In this document: in pieces, positions 11,433 through 23,719 of the stretch
How the letters are laid out: every line of letters begins with the position of its first letter
How positions within the stretch are numbered: position 1 is the first letter of the stretch
NCBI GenBank assembly: GCA_964016885.1
Contig: OZ024742.1
Location: 71,424,001 to 71,488,000, forward strand
DNA: 64,000 nucleotides
Direction: 5' to 3'
Origin: Eledone cirrhosa
Taxonomy: Eukaryota
Program-made: the position numbers and the translations under genes
The notes under the pieces: model-generated
What the model was told of the DNA's origin: nothing
Database searches by the model: none
What the model saw: only the letters and a program-made list of their open reading frames with translations

Positions 11433-13507
11433 ATCATCATCGTTTAACGTCCATCTTCCACACTAGCATGGGTTTGGACGGTAATTTTCCCACTTGAGGC
11501 AAGATTGGTTGTCTTGCTCGTATAGGACTGTCTGGCAGGTTTTCTACGGCTGGATGCCCTTCCTAACACCAACCATGTTTACAGTGTGGACTGGGAGGTT
11601 TTTACCATGTTACCTACACGGCCACATTACAGCGTGGACTGTGTGTTTTTTTGTCATGACACCTACACGACCTCATTTATTTTGGACTGGATGTTGTGGT
11701 ACCAACATGACTTAACATCGAAAGGGGGTGGTGTGGATGGGGTGGGAGTAGTGGGACGGGGGTGTATTTTGGTAAGAGGTGCCTACTGACTGTAGGTTTC
11801 GCTTTGCACTTAGGCAAGGCGGGTCTTCTGTATTACTGCGTAGCGCCAAAGATCTCAGTCCAGTGACATTGTCTTGGAGAGGTGTAAGTGTGTGAGGTCG
11901 GAATTTATCAAGTCGTCCCAGGTTTTTCTGGGTCTGCCTACTCCGTGGCTACCGTCTATTTTGATCGCCCTGCACTTTTTTATACAGCTGTCGTCTTTCA
12001 TGCGCATCACGTGAACATACCAACGTAGTCTTCTCTCGAGTAAACAGCATCTGATCCCTCTTATTCCTAATTTCTCACTTAGTTATTTATGCTTTGCCGT
12101 TCACGTATATTACTATTACACATCCAACGGAGCATGCAAGCTTCGTTCCTCTCCAGTCTGCGTAGATTCTCTGCACACAATGCCCAAGTCTCACTGCCAT
12201 GTAACATTGCTGTTCGTATGCAGGCATCATACAGCTTGCCTTTCATTTGTAGAGAGAAACTTTTAGCAGCCAATAGTGGTATAAGCTCTCTGAACTTTTT
12301 CCATCCTGTTCTAACTCTAGCTACTGTACTTTCAGAGCACTTCCACCACTGCTGATTTTGTCACCCAGGTAACGGAAGGTGTCCAGTATTTCTATAGAAC
12401 CATCTGTGCAATGGAATGGGCTAGTATTCTGTGGGCACTTGCTGCTGCTTATTACACCTGAGCACCGGTCACATATAAAATCTATATTCTTAGTTAGCTT
12501 ACCTGTGATCCCACTACATCTTTTATGCACCCATACTTTGCATTTGGGACACAAAATGGAGTTTCTGCCTACTCCTTTCCTACACACTGAGTGTGGCCAT
12601 TTCCCAGATGGGACCAGTGCCCTATTTTCTTTCCTACATACTAGAACTTTAGTCTTAGACAGGTTAATTTTAAGGCCTTTTGATTCTAGGCCATGCTTCC
12701 ATGTTTGGAATTTCTTCTCTAGTTCAGCCATTGATTCAGCTATAAGCGTTAGATCATCAGCGTATAGGAGTTCCCATGGGCAGCTGGTCTTGAACTCCTC
12801 TGTTATAGCCTGAAGTGCAATAATAAATAGGAGGGGGCTAAGGATGGAGCCCTGATGAACACCAACTTTTACGCTAAACTCTTCACTATATTCGTTGTTA
12901 ATTCTAACCTTGCTGACTGTTTCTTTATACATGGCTTGTATAGCTCTCACAAACCATTCATCAACACCTAATTTTCTGAGAGCCCACCAGATAATGGGGC
13001 GTGGAACTCTGTCAAAGGCTTTCTCCAAGTCAACAAAAGCTAAGTATAGGGGTTTACTTTTAGTTAGGTACTTCTGTAGTTGTCGTACAATGAAAAGAGC
13101 GTCTGTGGTACTTTTACCTGACACAATCCCGAACTGCATTTCATCCAGATCAATTCGCTCTCTGATTAGTTGCGCTATTACTTTTTATGTGACCTTCATG
13201 ACCTGGTCAATTAATTTAATGCCTCTATAGTTTCCCCTATCTAGGGCATCTCCTTTACCCTTGTAGCAGTTAATGATGATGCTGCTACACCAGTCCTTCG
13301 GTACAACCCCATTCTGTATGACTTGGTTTACTATCCGGGTGACCATAGTGTGTCCCACCGTTCCAGATGCTTTCAGCATTTCAGCAACTATTTCCGAAGG
13401 CCCAGCCGTCTTGCCCGTCTTCATATCTTTGATTGCCTTACTTATTATACTATTTTCAACTTGCACTGCTGGTCCCTTTATTGGATCGATGTGGGAGAGA
13501 CTGTCTT
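11433..13507 (-). mobile_element. RTE LINE family A, 5'-truncated (RT domain, C-terminus, 3'UTR, (GAT)n tail)
   Basis: ORFs 13185-13466, 12321-13139 (GVHQGS, LLYADD) and 12079-12273; frameshift/stop; tail at 11433. Confidence 0.95.
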
Positions 13508-13573
13508 ACACACATATATATATTTATATCTTCTAACATATCATACAAGAACCATATTTTAGGATATTATATT

Positions 13574-13751
13574 AGGCAGTATCGGTAGAGGGTTGGAAGC
13601 CATGCTTTCTAGCATAGTTACATTCCTTTATGGTCTGAGTTCAAATCCCGTCTAGGTTAAGTTTGCCTTTCATCCTTATGGGGTCGATAAAATAAAGTAC
13701 CAGTAATGTACTGGGTAATTGCTAGCCTTGTGTCAAAAGTAGAAACAATTA
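13574..13751 (+). mobile_element. tRNA-derived SINE (family 2)
   Basis: GAGTTCAAATCCC B box; TTTGCCTTTCATCCTTATGGGGTCGATAAAATAAAGTACC; AGTAGAAACAATTAT end. Confidence 0.85.
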
Positions 13752-14049
13752 TATTAGGAATAAAATAATTAATGATTTGAGTAAATCCATCAAAATCCTG
13801 CAATAATTAATTGAGAGTATAATTCATTATAAATATGGTCATAGAAAGGTTAACAAGAGCAGCTGTGAGTTTGTGTTGATGTGTGTGTATATTTGTTGCC
13901 ATCTCACTGATCTAACTAGTTGGTGGTTAGTCACCAACGCTCACACTAATCCTTTGTCAGCTGTTTGGTTGTTATAAATTTCTATCTAGTGACACCTGCA
14001 TTTAACTTCCTTCTTCACTCCTCTTCCTACTGCCACCACCACCACCACC

Positions 14050-14193
14050 ATACCACCTCCTGCTGCCACCGCCATACCACCTCCTGCTGCCACCACGATA
14101 CCACCTCCTGCTGCCACCGCCATACCACCTCCTGCTGCCACCACGATACCACCTCCTGCTGCCACCACCACAATACCACCTCCTGCTGCTACC
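14050..14193. repeat. 24-bp minisatellite with alternating A/B units (~6 copies)
   Basis: TACCACCTCCTGCTGCCACC-GCCA alternating with -ACGA. Confidence 0.9.
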
Positions 14194-14479
14194 AATACCA
14201 ATACCACAACCACAACCACAACTAGCAACACTGCCCATTCTGCCCTTAATGAATACTGAACATAAGTTTGTTGCTAAAGCAGTAACTTCTGGTAATAAAA
14301 GTACACCCTGTGCACACACACAGCATTATGGTACCTAGTGGGTCATGTTTCTTTAACCCCCACCCATCTTTTATTTTATTTCAGCTTCTTCAATGGTGGT
14401 GTTGGTGTGAAAGAAGCCCACCCACCTTTATTCAAGGATTTGGCACAAGATCAATTCGTAGGAGACAAATGCACTAAAT

Positions 14480-14760
14480 TGACCTTAGTATAACATTCTG
14501 TGGGAACTAACCAGTGACAGCTACTGATTTATCTGACCTTAGTACAGCAGTCTATATAGCTGTAAGAACTAACCAGTGACAGCTACTGATTAATCTGACT
14601 TTAGTATAACAGTCTATATAGCTGTAAGAACTGACCAGTGATAGCTAATTTATCTGACCTTAGTGCAACAGTCTATATGGCTGTGAGAACTGATCATTGA
14701 TAGCAACCGATTTATCTGACCTTAGTAAAATATTCTATATGGCTGTGGGAACTGACCAAT
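14480..14760. repeat. 62-bp tandem repeat (~4.5 copies)
   Basis: GAACT(A/G)ACC at 14504, 14566, 14628; unit contains ATCTGACCTTAGTA and AGTCTATATAGCTGT. Confidence 0.9.
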
Positions 14761-15164
14761 GACTGATTGATGTATGCAAGCTGGATGGTTTCAATCATTT
14801 TTGCCTTCATCAAATCCTCTTTGCTCACTCTTCGGATTTTGACCAAATTCTGAAATTGCGATTCTACTCAAAATGCACCTGGATTGGCAAAATTCAAGTT
14901 GGATTTCGACCTAATGTCTAGTCCTCATATACATGACGTCTATCATTAGAATTGTTATTTGCTGACATTAACTGCAATCAGATGACTGTGATTGCTGTGC
15001 AATTGAAATTTGAACCTGAAATGTTGATGAATAAAACCAAATATTGCTTCAGCATAATTGGTTTCAATGTTCTACTTACACATGTTCAACATTGTCTGAC
15101 CTTAACCCAAAGGTTCATCAGGAGAGGGCTTATCTTAATTTTGTGTGTGTTAAGTGACTGAAAG

Positions 15165-15372
15165 TGAAAAACTCCCTTCCCTTCTGGACAAGATGCTAGT
15201 CCATCACAAGGTTAACCCCCAATTGTTGCTGGTGCTCATTTTCAGATGAGTTGGCTGAAGCAACATAAAATGAAATGTCTTGCTCAAGAACACAATATGC
15301 CACCTGATCCAGTATTTTAACCAATGTCCATATGATCATGAACTCAACATCCTAAGCACTTGACTGCATGTC
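15165..15372 (-). mobile_element. Degenerate family 1 SINE
   Basis: AGCAACATAAAATGAAATGTCTTGCTCAAGAACACAA is the reverse complement of the CORE-like body. Confidence 0.65.
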
Positions 15373-15960
15373 TTGTGTGTGTTTTTTGCCTCAGTACTGT
15401 TTTATAATTGAGTAAAAGTAAAAATGATAACTGATTGCAATTAACTCTATCATTGCCATGTAGATAAGTGTTTACTAAGATAGTCAGCGGTTGAAAGCTG
15501 TGATTGATGAAAGACACTAATTATACTTTTGCTACATCCATTCACTCTTCAAGTTGTGTGTTTGTAAGAGATGTTCTCTCTATAGATAGGAGCAGTTATA
15601 TCAGGGATATCACTTTGAAAACGGATTCAGGTTCAGTATAACTGTGTTGTACCTTGGGAAAATGTCCTACTATAGTATTGGCCTTGTAGGTAAATTTGGT
15701 AGACAGCAACTGTAAGGAAGCCCATTGGGTGTGGGTGCATGTTCCAGTGCTATAAAATATCAAAACTGTTTATAAAGCCTGCAGTAACAATTATTTATGT
15801 CCTCCATAAACAATAAGTCCTGCAGTATAGATGTTCACAAAACAGTAGCATATGACATACTTAAAAAATAAGGTATGGGTTGGCATCAGAAAGGGCATCC
15901 AGCTGTAGGAAACCTACCCCTAAATGTCCTATACACAAAAACATGAAAAAGTCTCTCTCC

Positions 15961-16410
15961 CCACCATGACCCAGTAACAATGTTAGGAAGTCTTTTCTCC
16001 ACCACTATGACCCAGTAACAATGTTAAGAAGTTCTCCTCCACCACTATGACCCAATAACTATGTTAGGAAGTCCTCTCCCCACCATGACCCAGTTACAAT
16101 GTTAGGAAGTAGTTCCCCCACTACAACCCAGTTATAGTGTTAGGAAGTCCCTTCCCTCCCATCATGTCCCAGTAACAATGTTAGGAAGTTTCCCCACCAT
16201 GACCCAGTAACAATGTTAGGAAGTCCTCCCTCCTTCCCACCGTGACCCAGTAACAGTGTTAGGAAGTTTCTCCACCACCATGACCCAGTAACAATGTTAG
16301 GTAGTCCTTCTCACCATGACCCAGTAACAGTATTAGGAAGTCCAACCCCTCCCATGACCCAGTAACAATGTTAGGAAGTCCTCCCTCACCACTATGACCC
16401 AGTAACAATG
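15961..16410. repeat. Array of 12 conserved 26-bp cores separated by variable 9-17-nt C-rich spacers
   Basis: Core ATGACCCAGTAACAATGTTAGGAAGT; spacers such as CTTTTCTCCACCACT, TTCCCCACC, CCAACCCCTCCC. Confidence 0.95.
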
Positions 16411-16696
16411 TGATGGAAGGCTTTTAGATAAAAATAAACACTTTTAATAAACAGCATTGTACTATAGAACAGGTGACTGTTTTAGGCAGTTTGGTATCAA
16501 AAGCCTTAACATTACTGAAAGACATTACTCTAAAATAAAAAAAATAGACAAAAAAACTCCTCCCATCCATGCTGTTATAGACCTAAAGAAGCAAAAATAA
16601 GTACATAACCTCTTTTGTGAAAATAAGTTAGGGTAGATGTTGTGGGGTTTGTTGGATGGTATGTTGCCCAATTTTTTGTTTGATTCTTCTAGATTT

Positions 16697-17325
16697 CATC
16701 ATCATTTTTACGTCCATTTTTCCACGCTTGCATGGGTTGGACAGATCCTTTTCAGCATAGCATCTCTCCACATAGCGCGTTCTTTTGCCATCTCCTCTGT
16801 GAGTCTCAGTGGTTTGAGATCAGCTCTCACAACTCTGCCCAGGTCTTCTTTTGTCTACCTCTACTGTAACTTTCAGCCACTGGGATTTCCTGGCACTTCT
16901 CCCCCACAAACATCATCCATGCACATCACATGTCCATACCAATGCAGTCTTCTCTCTTGCACATCACATATTCCTTTTAAACCCAGTTTCTCCCCCAGTT
17001 CATCCAAGCTTTGCCTTTCTCTCACATTTACATTCTACATCCAATGATGCGTGGTTGCTTCATTTCTCTCCATTCTACACATATCTTCTGCAGCCATAGC
17101 CCATGTTTCACTACCATGCAACATCATACTTCGCACACAGGCATGATACAGTTGTCCTTTACTGCGTAAGGAGAAACCTTTTGTTGTCAACAGTGGAAGT
17201 AGCTCTCTAAACTTTTTCCATCCTATCCTTATTCTAGCTATTAAAACTCTCAGAGCACCCTCCTCTGCTGCTAATTAAGTCACCTAGGTAGCAGAAGCTA
17301 TCAACCACTTCTATAGATTTAACTT
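16697..17325 (-). mobile_element. Older RTE-clade 3' fragment
   Basis: Minus-strand motifs FCYLGD, GWKKFRELLPLL, MLHGSETW, RLHWYGHV; CATCAT tail with CCACGCTTGCATGG hairpin. Confidence 0.85.
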
Positions 17326-17862
17326 TTGTAAATACTACAGATTCATATATATCTGATTCAATGCACCAGTGATATGAATTAAGTAGTTGGCATCCATTTA
17401 GGGATATTCAGTTCTGTCTAATTTAATATAAAATGAAAGGAACCAATCAGCTGATCAGACAAAGAAACTGTTTACATTACTCTGTCCATTGTTGATATGA
17501 TCAGTCAGTTGCATCTCTCGGAAGAAGCATCACTGATTTTCTGGTGACAAGGAGCAGGATTTAAACTAAGAATACACAGAACTGGAATAGATATTGCAAA
17601 ACATCCTGCCTGACTCTTTAACAATTCTGCCACTCCACCACTCCTGGATAGGTACTTTATCAACCTCCAATACTAGCACTCCACCACTGCTGGACTGGTA
17701 CTGTGTTAATATGTCTCTGTTTTTCCTTAAAAATGTGGGTCGTTACCTAGTGAATCTAGCTTTTGGTTTGAAATATTAAATAATGAAGCCAAAATATAAT
17801 AAATACAGAGCAGTGTGTGTGACCTATCTATTGTTACACAAGTCACAGTAATAGATATTCAA

Positions 17863-18114
17863 TTAACCCTTTTAATACCAACCTGCCTGAATCTGCCTGT
17901 AGTTCTGTGATACAAAACTGTCTATTTTCAAGTGTTCTTCTTTATGTTAAAGTATTCCATTATAATTTTATGTAAGAAAATTTTGTAATGCAATGTTCTA
18001 AACATCAAGTTGATCATGAAAAAGTTTGTTAATAAATTTCTCAAAATATTCGATTATTTTCAAAATTACATGAAATTCCTACATGGTGTCTTTTAATGGA
18101 AATGAAAGGGTTAG
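17863..18114. mobile_element. piggyBac-type MITE (~245 bp)
   Basis: TTAA|CCCTTT...AAAGGG|TTAG termini; related relics near 480, 10323, 16410, 31255, 33722, 46177 and 55289. Confidence 0.65.
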
Positions 18115-18639
18115 ATTAATGTCAAATTGAATTAGTTTAAAATCTGACATTTTCTGAGAGAGAGAGAGAAACTGATGATTGCAATGAAGATTGAACTCTG
18201 ATCCATTTGTTAATGCATGACAGATGAGAGAGAATGACAATTTTGTATAACTAATAGACCAGTGCTGACAATAAAGATGGCAATAGCATGGAATGGGTTA
18301 ATTTTTAATGTTCAGTATTAGTATGCCATATGTAGTAGGATTACTGGATATGTGAACAATCATACAAACTGGGAAATTTGAGTTTTCTTGAATGAGTGAT
18401 TTGCAGAAGAGAAACCTATAGTTTATGTTGATTTCTTGCACGTGGAAGTAATTAAAGATAAGAAGGATATTTTAATAATTTATTTATATGATAACGAAAG
18501 AACGCAGTGAGTGGAGAGATACTGTGCTGAAAAGGACCTGTCCAACCCATGCATGCATGGAAAAACGTACTTAAAGATGATAATGATGATTTTTATGGTT
18601 GATTCTTGTAGCAATTACTATTATTATTGTAGTTTACAA

Positions 18640-19041
18640 GGGCAGTGGATTGGCAGTATCAGTAGAACGTCAGACAACATGCTTTGCGGCATAAAGTTAC
18701 AGCCCTTTATGTTCTGAGTTCAAATCCCGCCGAGGTTAGCTTTGCCTTTCATCCTTACAGGGTCAATAAAATAAAGTACCAGTAATGTACTGTTGTTGAT
18801 TTAATCGACTCTCCTTACCCCCAAATATTGTTGGCCTTGTGCCTGAATCAGAAACCATTACGGTGGATTGGCAGAATCGGTAGAGAGTCGGACACCATGC
18901 TTTGAAGCTTAGAGTTACGTCCCTTTATGATCTGAGTTCAAATCCTGCTGAGGTTAACTTTGCCTTTCATCCTTACGGGATCGATAAAATAAAGTACCAG
19001 TAATGCATGCTGGCCATGTGCCTAAAATAGAAACAATTATT
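18640..19041 (+). mobile_element. Head-to-tail dimer of family 2 SINEs
   Basis: Two consecutive GTGGATTGGCAG...GAGTTCAAATCC...GCCTTTCATCCTTAC...AGAAAC(C/A)ATTA units, junction at ~18860. Confidence 0.85.
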
Positions 19042-19508
19042 GTAGTTTACAGACATGATGATCATGTAGATTGGCTACTTGCTAATATAGACCAGGAGTT
19101 AAAATTATGTTACTGGTTAAAACACTTTATCCTACATTAACCTCAATTAGTTATCACAAAATAGGTACCAGATTACCTGGAGGAACCAGATTACTTAGGT
19201 GTTGTGTTTAGCTGTGATAATACAGATCAGCATCCTGTCGAAATGGAGATTTCTTATCCACAGTTTCATGCCATAATACTGGAGCAAAACACCAGTCTAT
19301 AAAAGAAGTAATAATGATAATAGTAGTAGTAGTAGTAGTGGTAATATTGGTTGTAGTAGTAGCAGTAGTAGGGGTGGTTGTAGTGGTACTGTTGATGGTG
19401 GTGGTGGTGGTAGTAATCCCTTGAGGAGTTGGAAGGTATTGACATGACTTATCAAACATTGTGACAGTTAAATTAGAAATACTGGCAGTGTACACACACA
19501 CACACACA

Positions 19509-19557
<49 letters not shown>

Positions 19558-20024
19558 GAGTTATTCTAAATGTAAATTTACTATTGTCAATGAGTTAAAA
19601 TGATTCAGAGCTGCTGGCAGCACTAGTACCACTCTCAATACAACCACTACTGTTATCACCACCACTATCATCACTGCCACCACTTCTACCACTATCATCA
19701 CTACCTCCCCACCACCACCATCATCACCGCCAAAGAAAGACAATAAAGACATCCAGTGTCTTAATACTAACAGATTTGGACATTTTCATACATTTTCAAC
19801 AGAAATCTTTTTTCTCTCTTTATCTGTGAAATAAATGTTGCACTGAGCTTGAAATGGTTAACTAATTACTGTAAAGTGAGTGACCAGGTGAACTAGTTAC
19901 TATGAAGGTTAATGCATTAGTTATTATTAAAAGTCATTAATTAACTAAACTGACTTACTTACCACTAGCTAGTTAAATAATAAAGGTAAACTTATTTTTC
20001 TAGGTCAGTGATCACACACATATG

Positions 20025-20065
<41 letters not shown>

Positions 20066-20069
20066 ATAG

Positions 20070-20101
<32 letters not shown>

Positions 20102-20105
20102 ATAT

Positions 20106-22158
20106 CAGTAGATAAGGCTATTAGAGACAAAAGACTAGCATGGAAGGCTTGGAAAAAGGGTGGGAGTAGGGAAGAATATACAGCCACTAAGAGAGAAGCT
20201 AGACGTCAGGTGTACTTAGCACGCAGGGAGGCAGAGAGTAGGAGGTTTGCCAATGTTCTGCGACGGGAAGATCAGAGGCGTGCGGTGTTCCACATTGCAA
20301 GGCAGTGTGTCAATGCAAATCAGGATGTTGTTGGAGATAAATGTGTCCGGGATGATGCCGGTGTACTTAGTGTCACGAATGATCAGAAAAAGGAGGCCTG
20401 AAAATGTCATTATGAGAGACTGATGAATGTGGAGAACGAATGGGAGAGAGAGAAATTACCCTTGGGGGATCCGACAGAGGGACCAGCTATTGAGATTGAC
20501 GAATATAGGGTCCAAGAGGCGATTAGGGAAATGAAAAATGGTAAGGCTGCTGGACCATCGGGAATAGTTGCTGAGATGCTGAAGGCATCAGGGGACGTAG
20601 ACACTAAACTGGTTGCACGCATCATAAATCGGGCTATATATGGTGGTGTCATACCCAAAGACTGGTGCAGCAGTATTCTCATAAATTGCTACAAAGGTAA
20701 AGGGGATGCTTTGGAGAGGAGCAATTATAGGAGTATAAAACTGATAGATCAGGTTATGAAAGTGGCAGAAAGGATTTTAGCACAACTAATTAGAGAAAGG
20801 GTCAAACTAGATGAGATGCAGTTTGGTTTTGTGCCTGGGAAGAGAGGTTCTTAGAGAAGAATAAGCCACTATACTTAGCCTTTGTTGACCTAGAGAAGGC
20901 CTTTGATAGGGTACCCCGATCTGTCATCTGGTGGTCCCTAAGGAAGCTAGGTGTTGAGGAATGGCTTGTGAGGACAGTGCAAACTTTGTACAGAGGTACT
21001 CTCAGTAAAGTCAGGGTAGGAATGGAGTTTAGTGAGGAATTCCAGATACAAGTAGGAGTACATCAAGGTTCAGTCCTCAGCCCGCTCTTGTTCATTATAG
21101 TCCTCCAAGCCATAACAGAGGAGTTTAAGACTGGCTGTCCATGGGAACTTCTCTACGCTGACGATCTGGTTCTTACAGCAGAATCAGTAGAGGAGCTAGA
21201 GAATAAATTCTGGCTATGGAAACAGCAGTTGGAAGCAAGAGGACTGAGAGTGAATCTAGCTAAGACAAAAGTGTTGATGAGTAGAAAAGAGGACAAAACC
21301 CTGATTCCGTCAGGGAAATGGCCATGTTCGATATGCAGAAAAGGAACTGGCATAAATTCTATAAAATGCACACAATGCAGATCCTGAGTACACAAGAGAT
21401 GTAGCGGGATAGCAGGCAAACTAACAGGTAGGGAGAAATATGTATGCAGTAGATGTACAGAGAAATTAGACAGTAGAAGTCGCACTGATAGACACATTTT
21501 TCAAATGCAAGAGGGCGCTATAGAAGTGGTGGATAGCTTCCGGTACCTAGGAGATCAGATTAGCATGGGAGGAGGGTGTTCCGAGGCCATAGTATCTAGA
21601 ATAAAGACGGGTTGGAAGAAGTTTAGGGAGCTGCTTCTTCTGTTGACGAAGAAGGGTTTCTCCCTGCGTACGAAAGGCCGGTTGTATGATGCCTGTGTGA
21701 GGAGCGCGATGCTGCATGGTAGTGAGACATGGGCAGCAACTGCAGAGGATATGCGACGGCTGGAGAGAAATGAGGCAAGCATGCTCCGTTGGATGTGCAG
21801 TGTAAATGTGCGTGAACGACCCAGCATAAATGTGTTGAGAGAGAAACTGTGTCTGAGAGGGATAGAATGTAGTGTACGGGAGAGGAGACTGAGGTGGTAT
21901 GGACATGTGATGCGCATGGAGTATGACCGATGGGTGAAGAAGTGCCAGGAATTGCCAGTTGAAGGAAGACGTGGTAGAGGTAGACCACGAAAAACATGGG
22001 CGGAGGTGGTGAGAACAGACCTCAGGTCATTGAAGCTCACGGTGGAGATGACGAGTGACCGTGACGAGTGGAGAGATGCTGTGCTGAATAAGACCCGTCC
22101 CACTCTTGCAAGCAGGGAAAAGCGGACGTAAAATGATGATGATGATGATGATGATGAT
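20106..22158 (+). mobile_element. RTE LINE family B, 5'-truncated, inserted in (TA)n
   Basis: KAAGPSG, QFGF, AFVDLEKAFDRV, GVHQGS, LLYADD, RLRWYGHV, GRPRKTW; stop codon directly followed by (GAT)n; internal stops and a deletion near 20843. Confidence 0.95.
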
Positions 22159-22251
22159 ATATATATATATATATATATGAGCGGAACAAGTAAACATTAA
22201 ACAATCTTTTAAATAAATTAAAATACGATTTAAACATTTACCCCTTCTAAT

Positions 22252-22331
22252 GCCATGACCGATAGTTTCGCTGATCAAAAGATTGGAAATTCAGAGAATT
22301 TCCAATGGAAAGATACAGCTCTTCAGATAGC
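22252..22331 (-). ncRNA. Type I hammerhead ribozyme (candidate)
   Basis: Minus strand: GCUAU-CUGAAGA-GCUG[...AUUGGAAAUUC-UCU-GAAUUUCCAAU...]CAGC-GAAA-CUAUCG-GUC^AUGGC; full catalytic core, stems I and II, short stem III. Confidence 0.8.
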
Positions 22332-22707
22332 TTTTCCAAACCTACTAGACATAAATCCAAGTAGAAGTAGGTGTATCGCTTTCTGCCCGGTGCATGAAAT
22401 CAAGCTGTTAAAATGACCCACACACAAATAGGCCGTAAGAAAAAGCGGGAATTATAGACTCGTTACAGTTCAAATTAGTACCATAGAACAACCACTATTA
22501 TAGACACCATATATATTTCCGTGGGTACTTAATACCTACTGGAATATCTATATCATATATATATATATATATATATATGTGTGTACATCCACCATCACTG
22601 CCTCCATCATCACCACCACCTACATCACCTAGTTCCTAATAGATATTTAGCTCTAACAAAATGTACCATTTTTTAGACTTGTCTTCTGAACAATAGCCTA
22701 CATTATA

Positions 22708-23040
22708 ATCTGAGTTCAAATCTTGCCGAGGTTAACTTTGCCTTTCATCCTTACGGGGTCGATAAAATAAAGTACCAGTAATGTACTGGGTAATTGCTGG
22801 CCTTGTGCCAAAAGTAGAAACAATTATAATATATCTACCTGGTTGTTTATATTTGTTAAATCTACTGATGTGTTCGAATGTCAGTAATAATGGTTTCTAA
22901 TTTAGGCACAAGGCCAGCAATTTAAAGGGATGGGAAGTCAATTAAATCGACTCCAGTGCATTACTGGTGCTTTATTTTATGGTCCCTGTAAAAATGAAAG
23001 GCAAAGTTAATCTCGGGTGGATTTGAACTCAGAACGTAAT
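22708..23040. mobile_element. Tail-to-tail inverted pair of 5'-truncated family 2 SINEs
   Basis: Plus copy 22708-22827, minus copy ~22886-23040, ~60 bp apart. Confidence 0.8.
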
Positions 23041-23359
23041 AATGTATGTATAGTGGTAGTACATACAGGTGGTGGATTTACCATGATTAGGAAATGATGG
23101 CACAATAAAATCAAAGTGGATTTTCTTAATTTCTGAAAGTCAATACATCATTATCAAATGATTTTTAATTGCAAGGCAAGAGATATGTGTGAAACCTCCA
23201 TATATGTTTCTTCGTTCTTTCTGAAGAACTTATCATACAGAACAACAGGCTACTGGATCAACCAAAATAAACTATTACAGTCTTCTACATATTGAATTCT
23301 AAGAATATTTGGTTAATCAATAAATAGGCCTACACATTAAAAAGAAATCTTAACATAAT

Positions 23360-23510
23360 TCCTTACTATACTCCTCCCCCACTATCACACACTGCACCCA
23401 CCACACTTAAACCTTAACACACCAGTCAAAACTCCTTACTATACTCCTCCCCCACTCACACATTGCACCCACCACACTTAAATCTTAATACACCAGTCAT
23501 AACTCCTTAG
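23360..23510. repeat. ~72-bp tandem duplication
   Basis: CCTTACTATACTCCTCCCCCACT...ACCAGTCA occurs twice. Confidence 0.8.
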
Positions 23511-23719
23511 TAACTGTTCCCATTCATCATAGTATCATCCACATTTTCTGAGATCACACCCCTCTTCCTTCATCATGTCAAATTCCACCAAACTATTACA
23601 CTCACCATATACTTTCTCACCTCTTCTCTCACACCCATCATATACCTATTACCCTTGACATACTTGTCACCTTTCCTAATTGCCCAATCCTGTTGCTCCC
23701 CATCATATAGGGTAGAATG

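Noticed and set aside
13965-14319. Pro/Ala/Thr-rich (IPPPAATA)n or Gly/Arg/Trp-rich coding exon
   Set aside because: The 24-bp repeat keeps several frames open; the Pro-rich frame has a TGA right after the nearest AG and no clear donor
15961-16410. CRISPR array
   Set aside because: Eukaryotic context, no cas genes, and the spacers are short, low-complexity and related to each other
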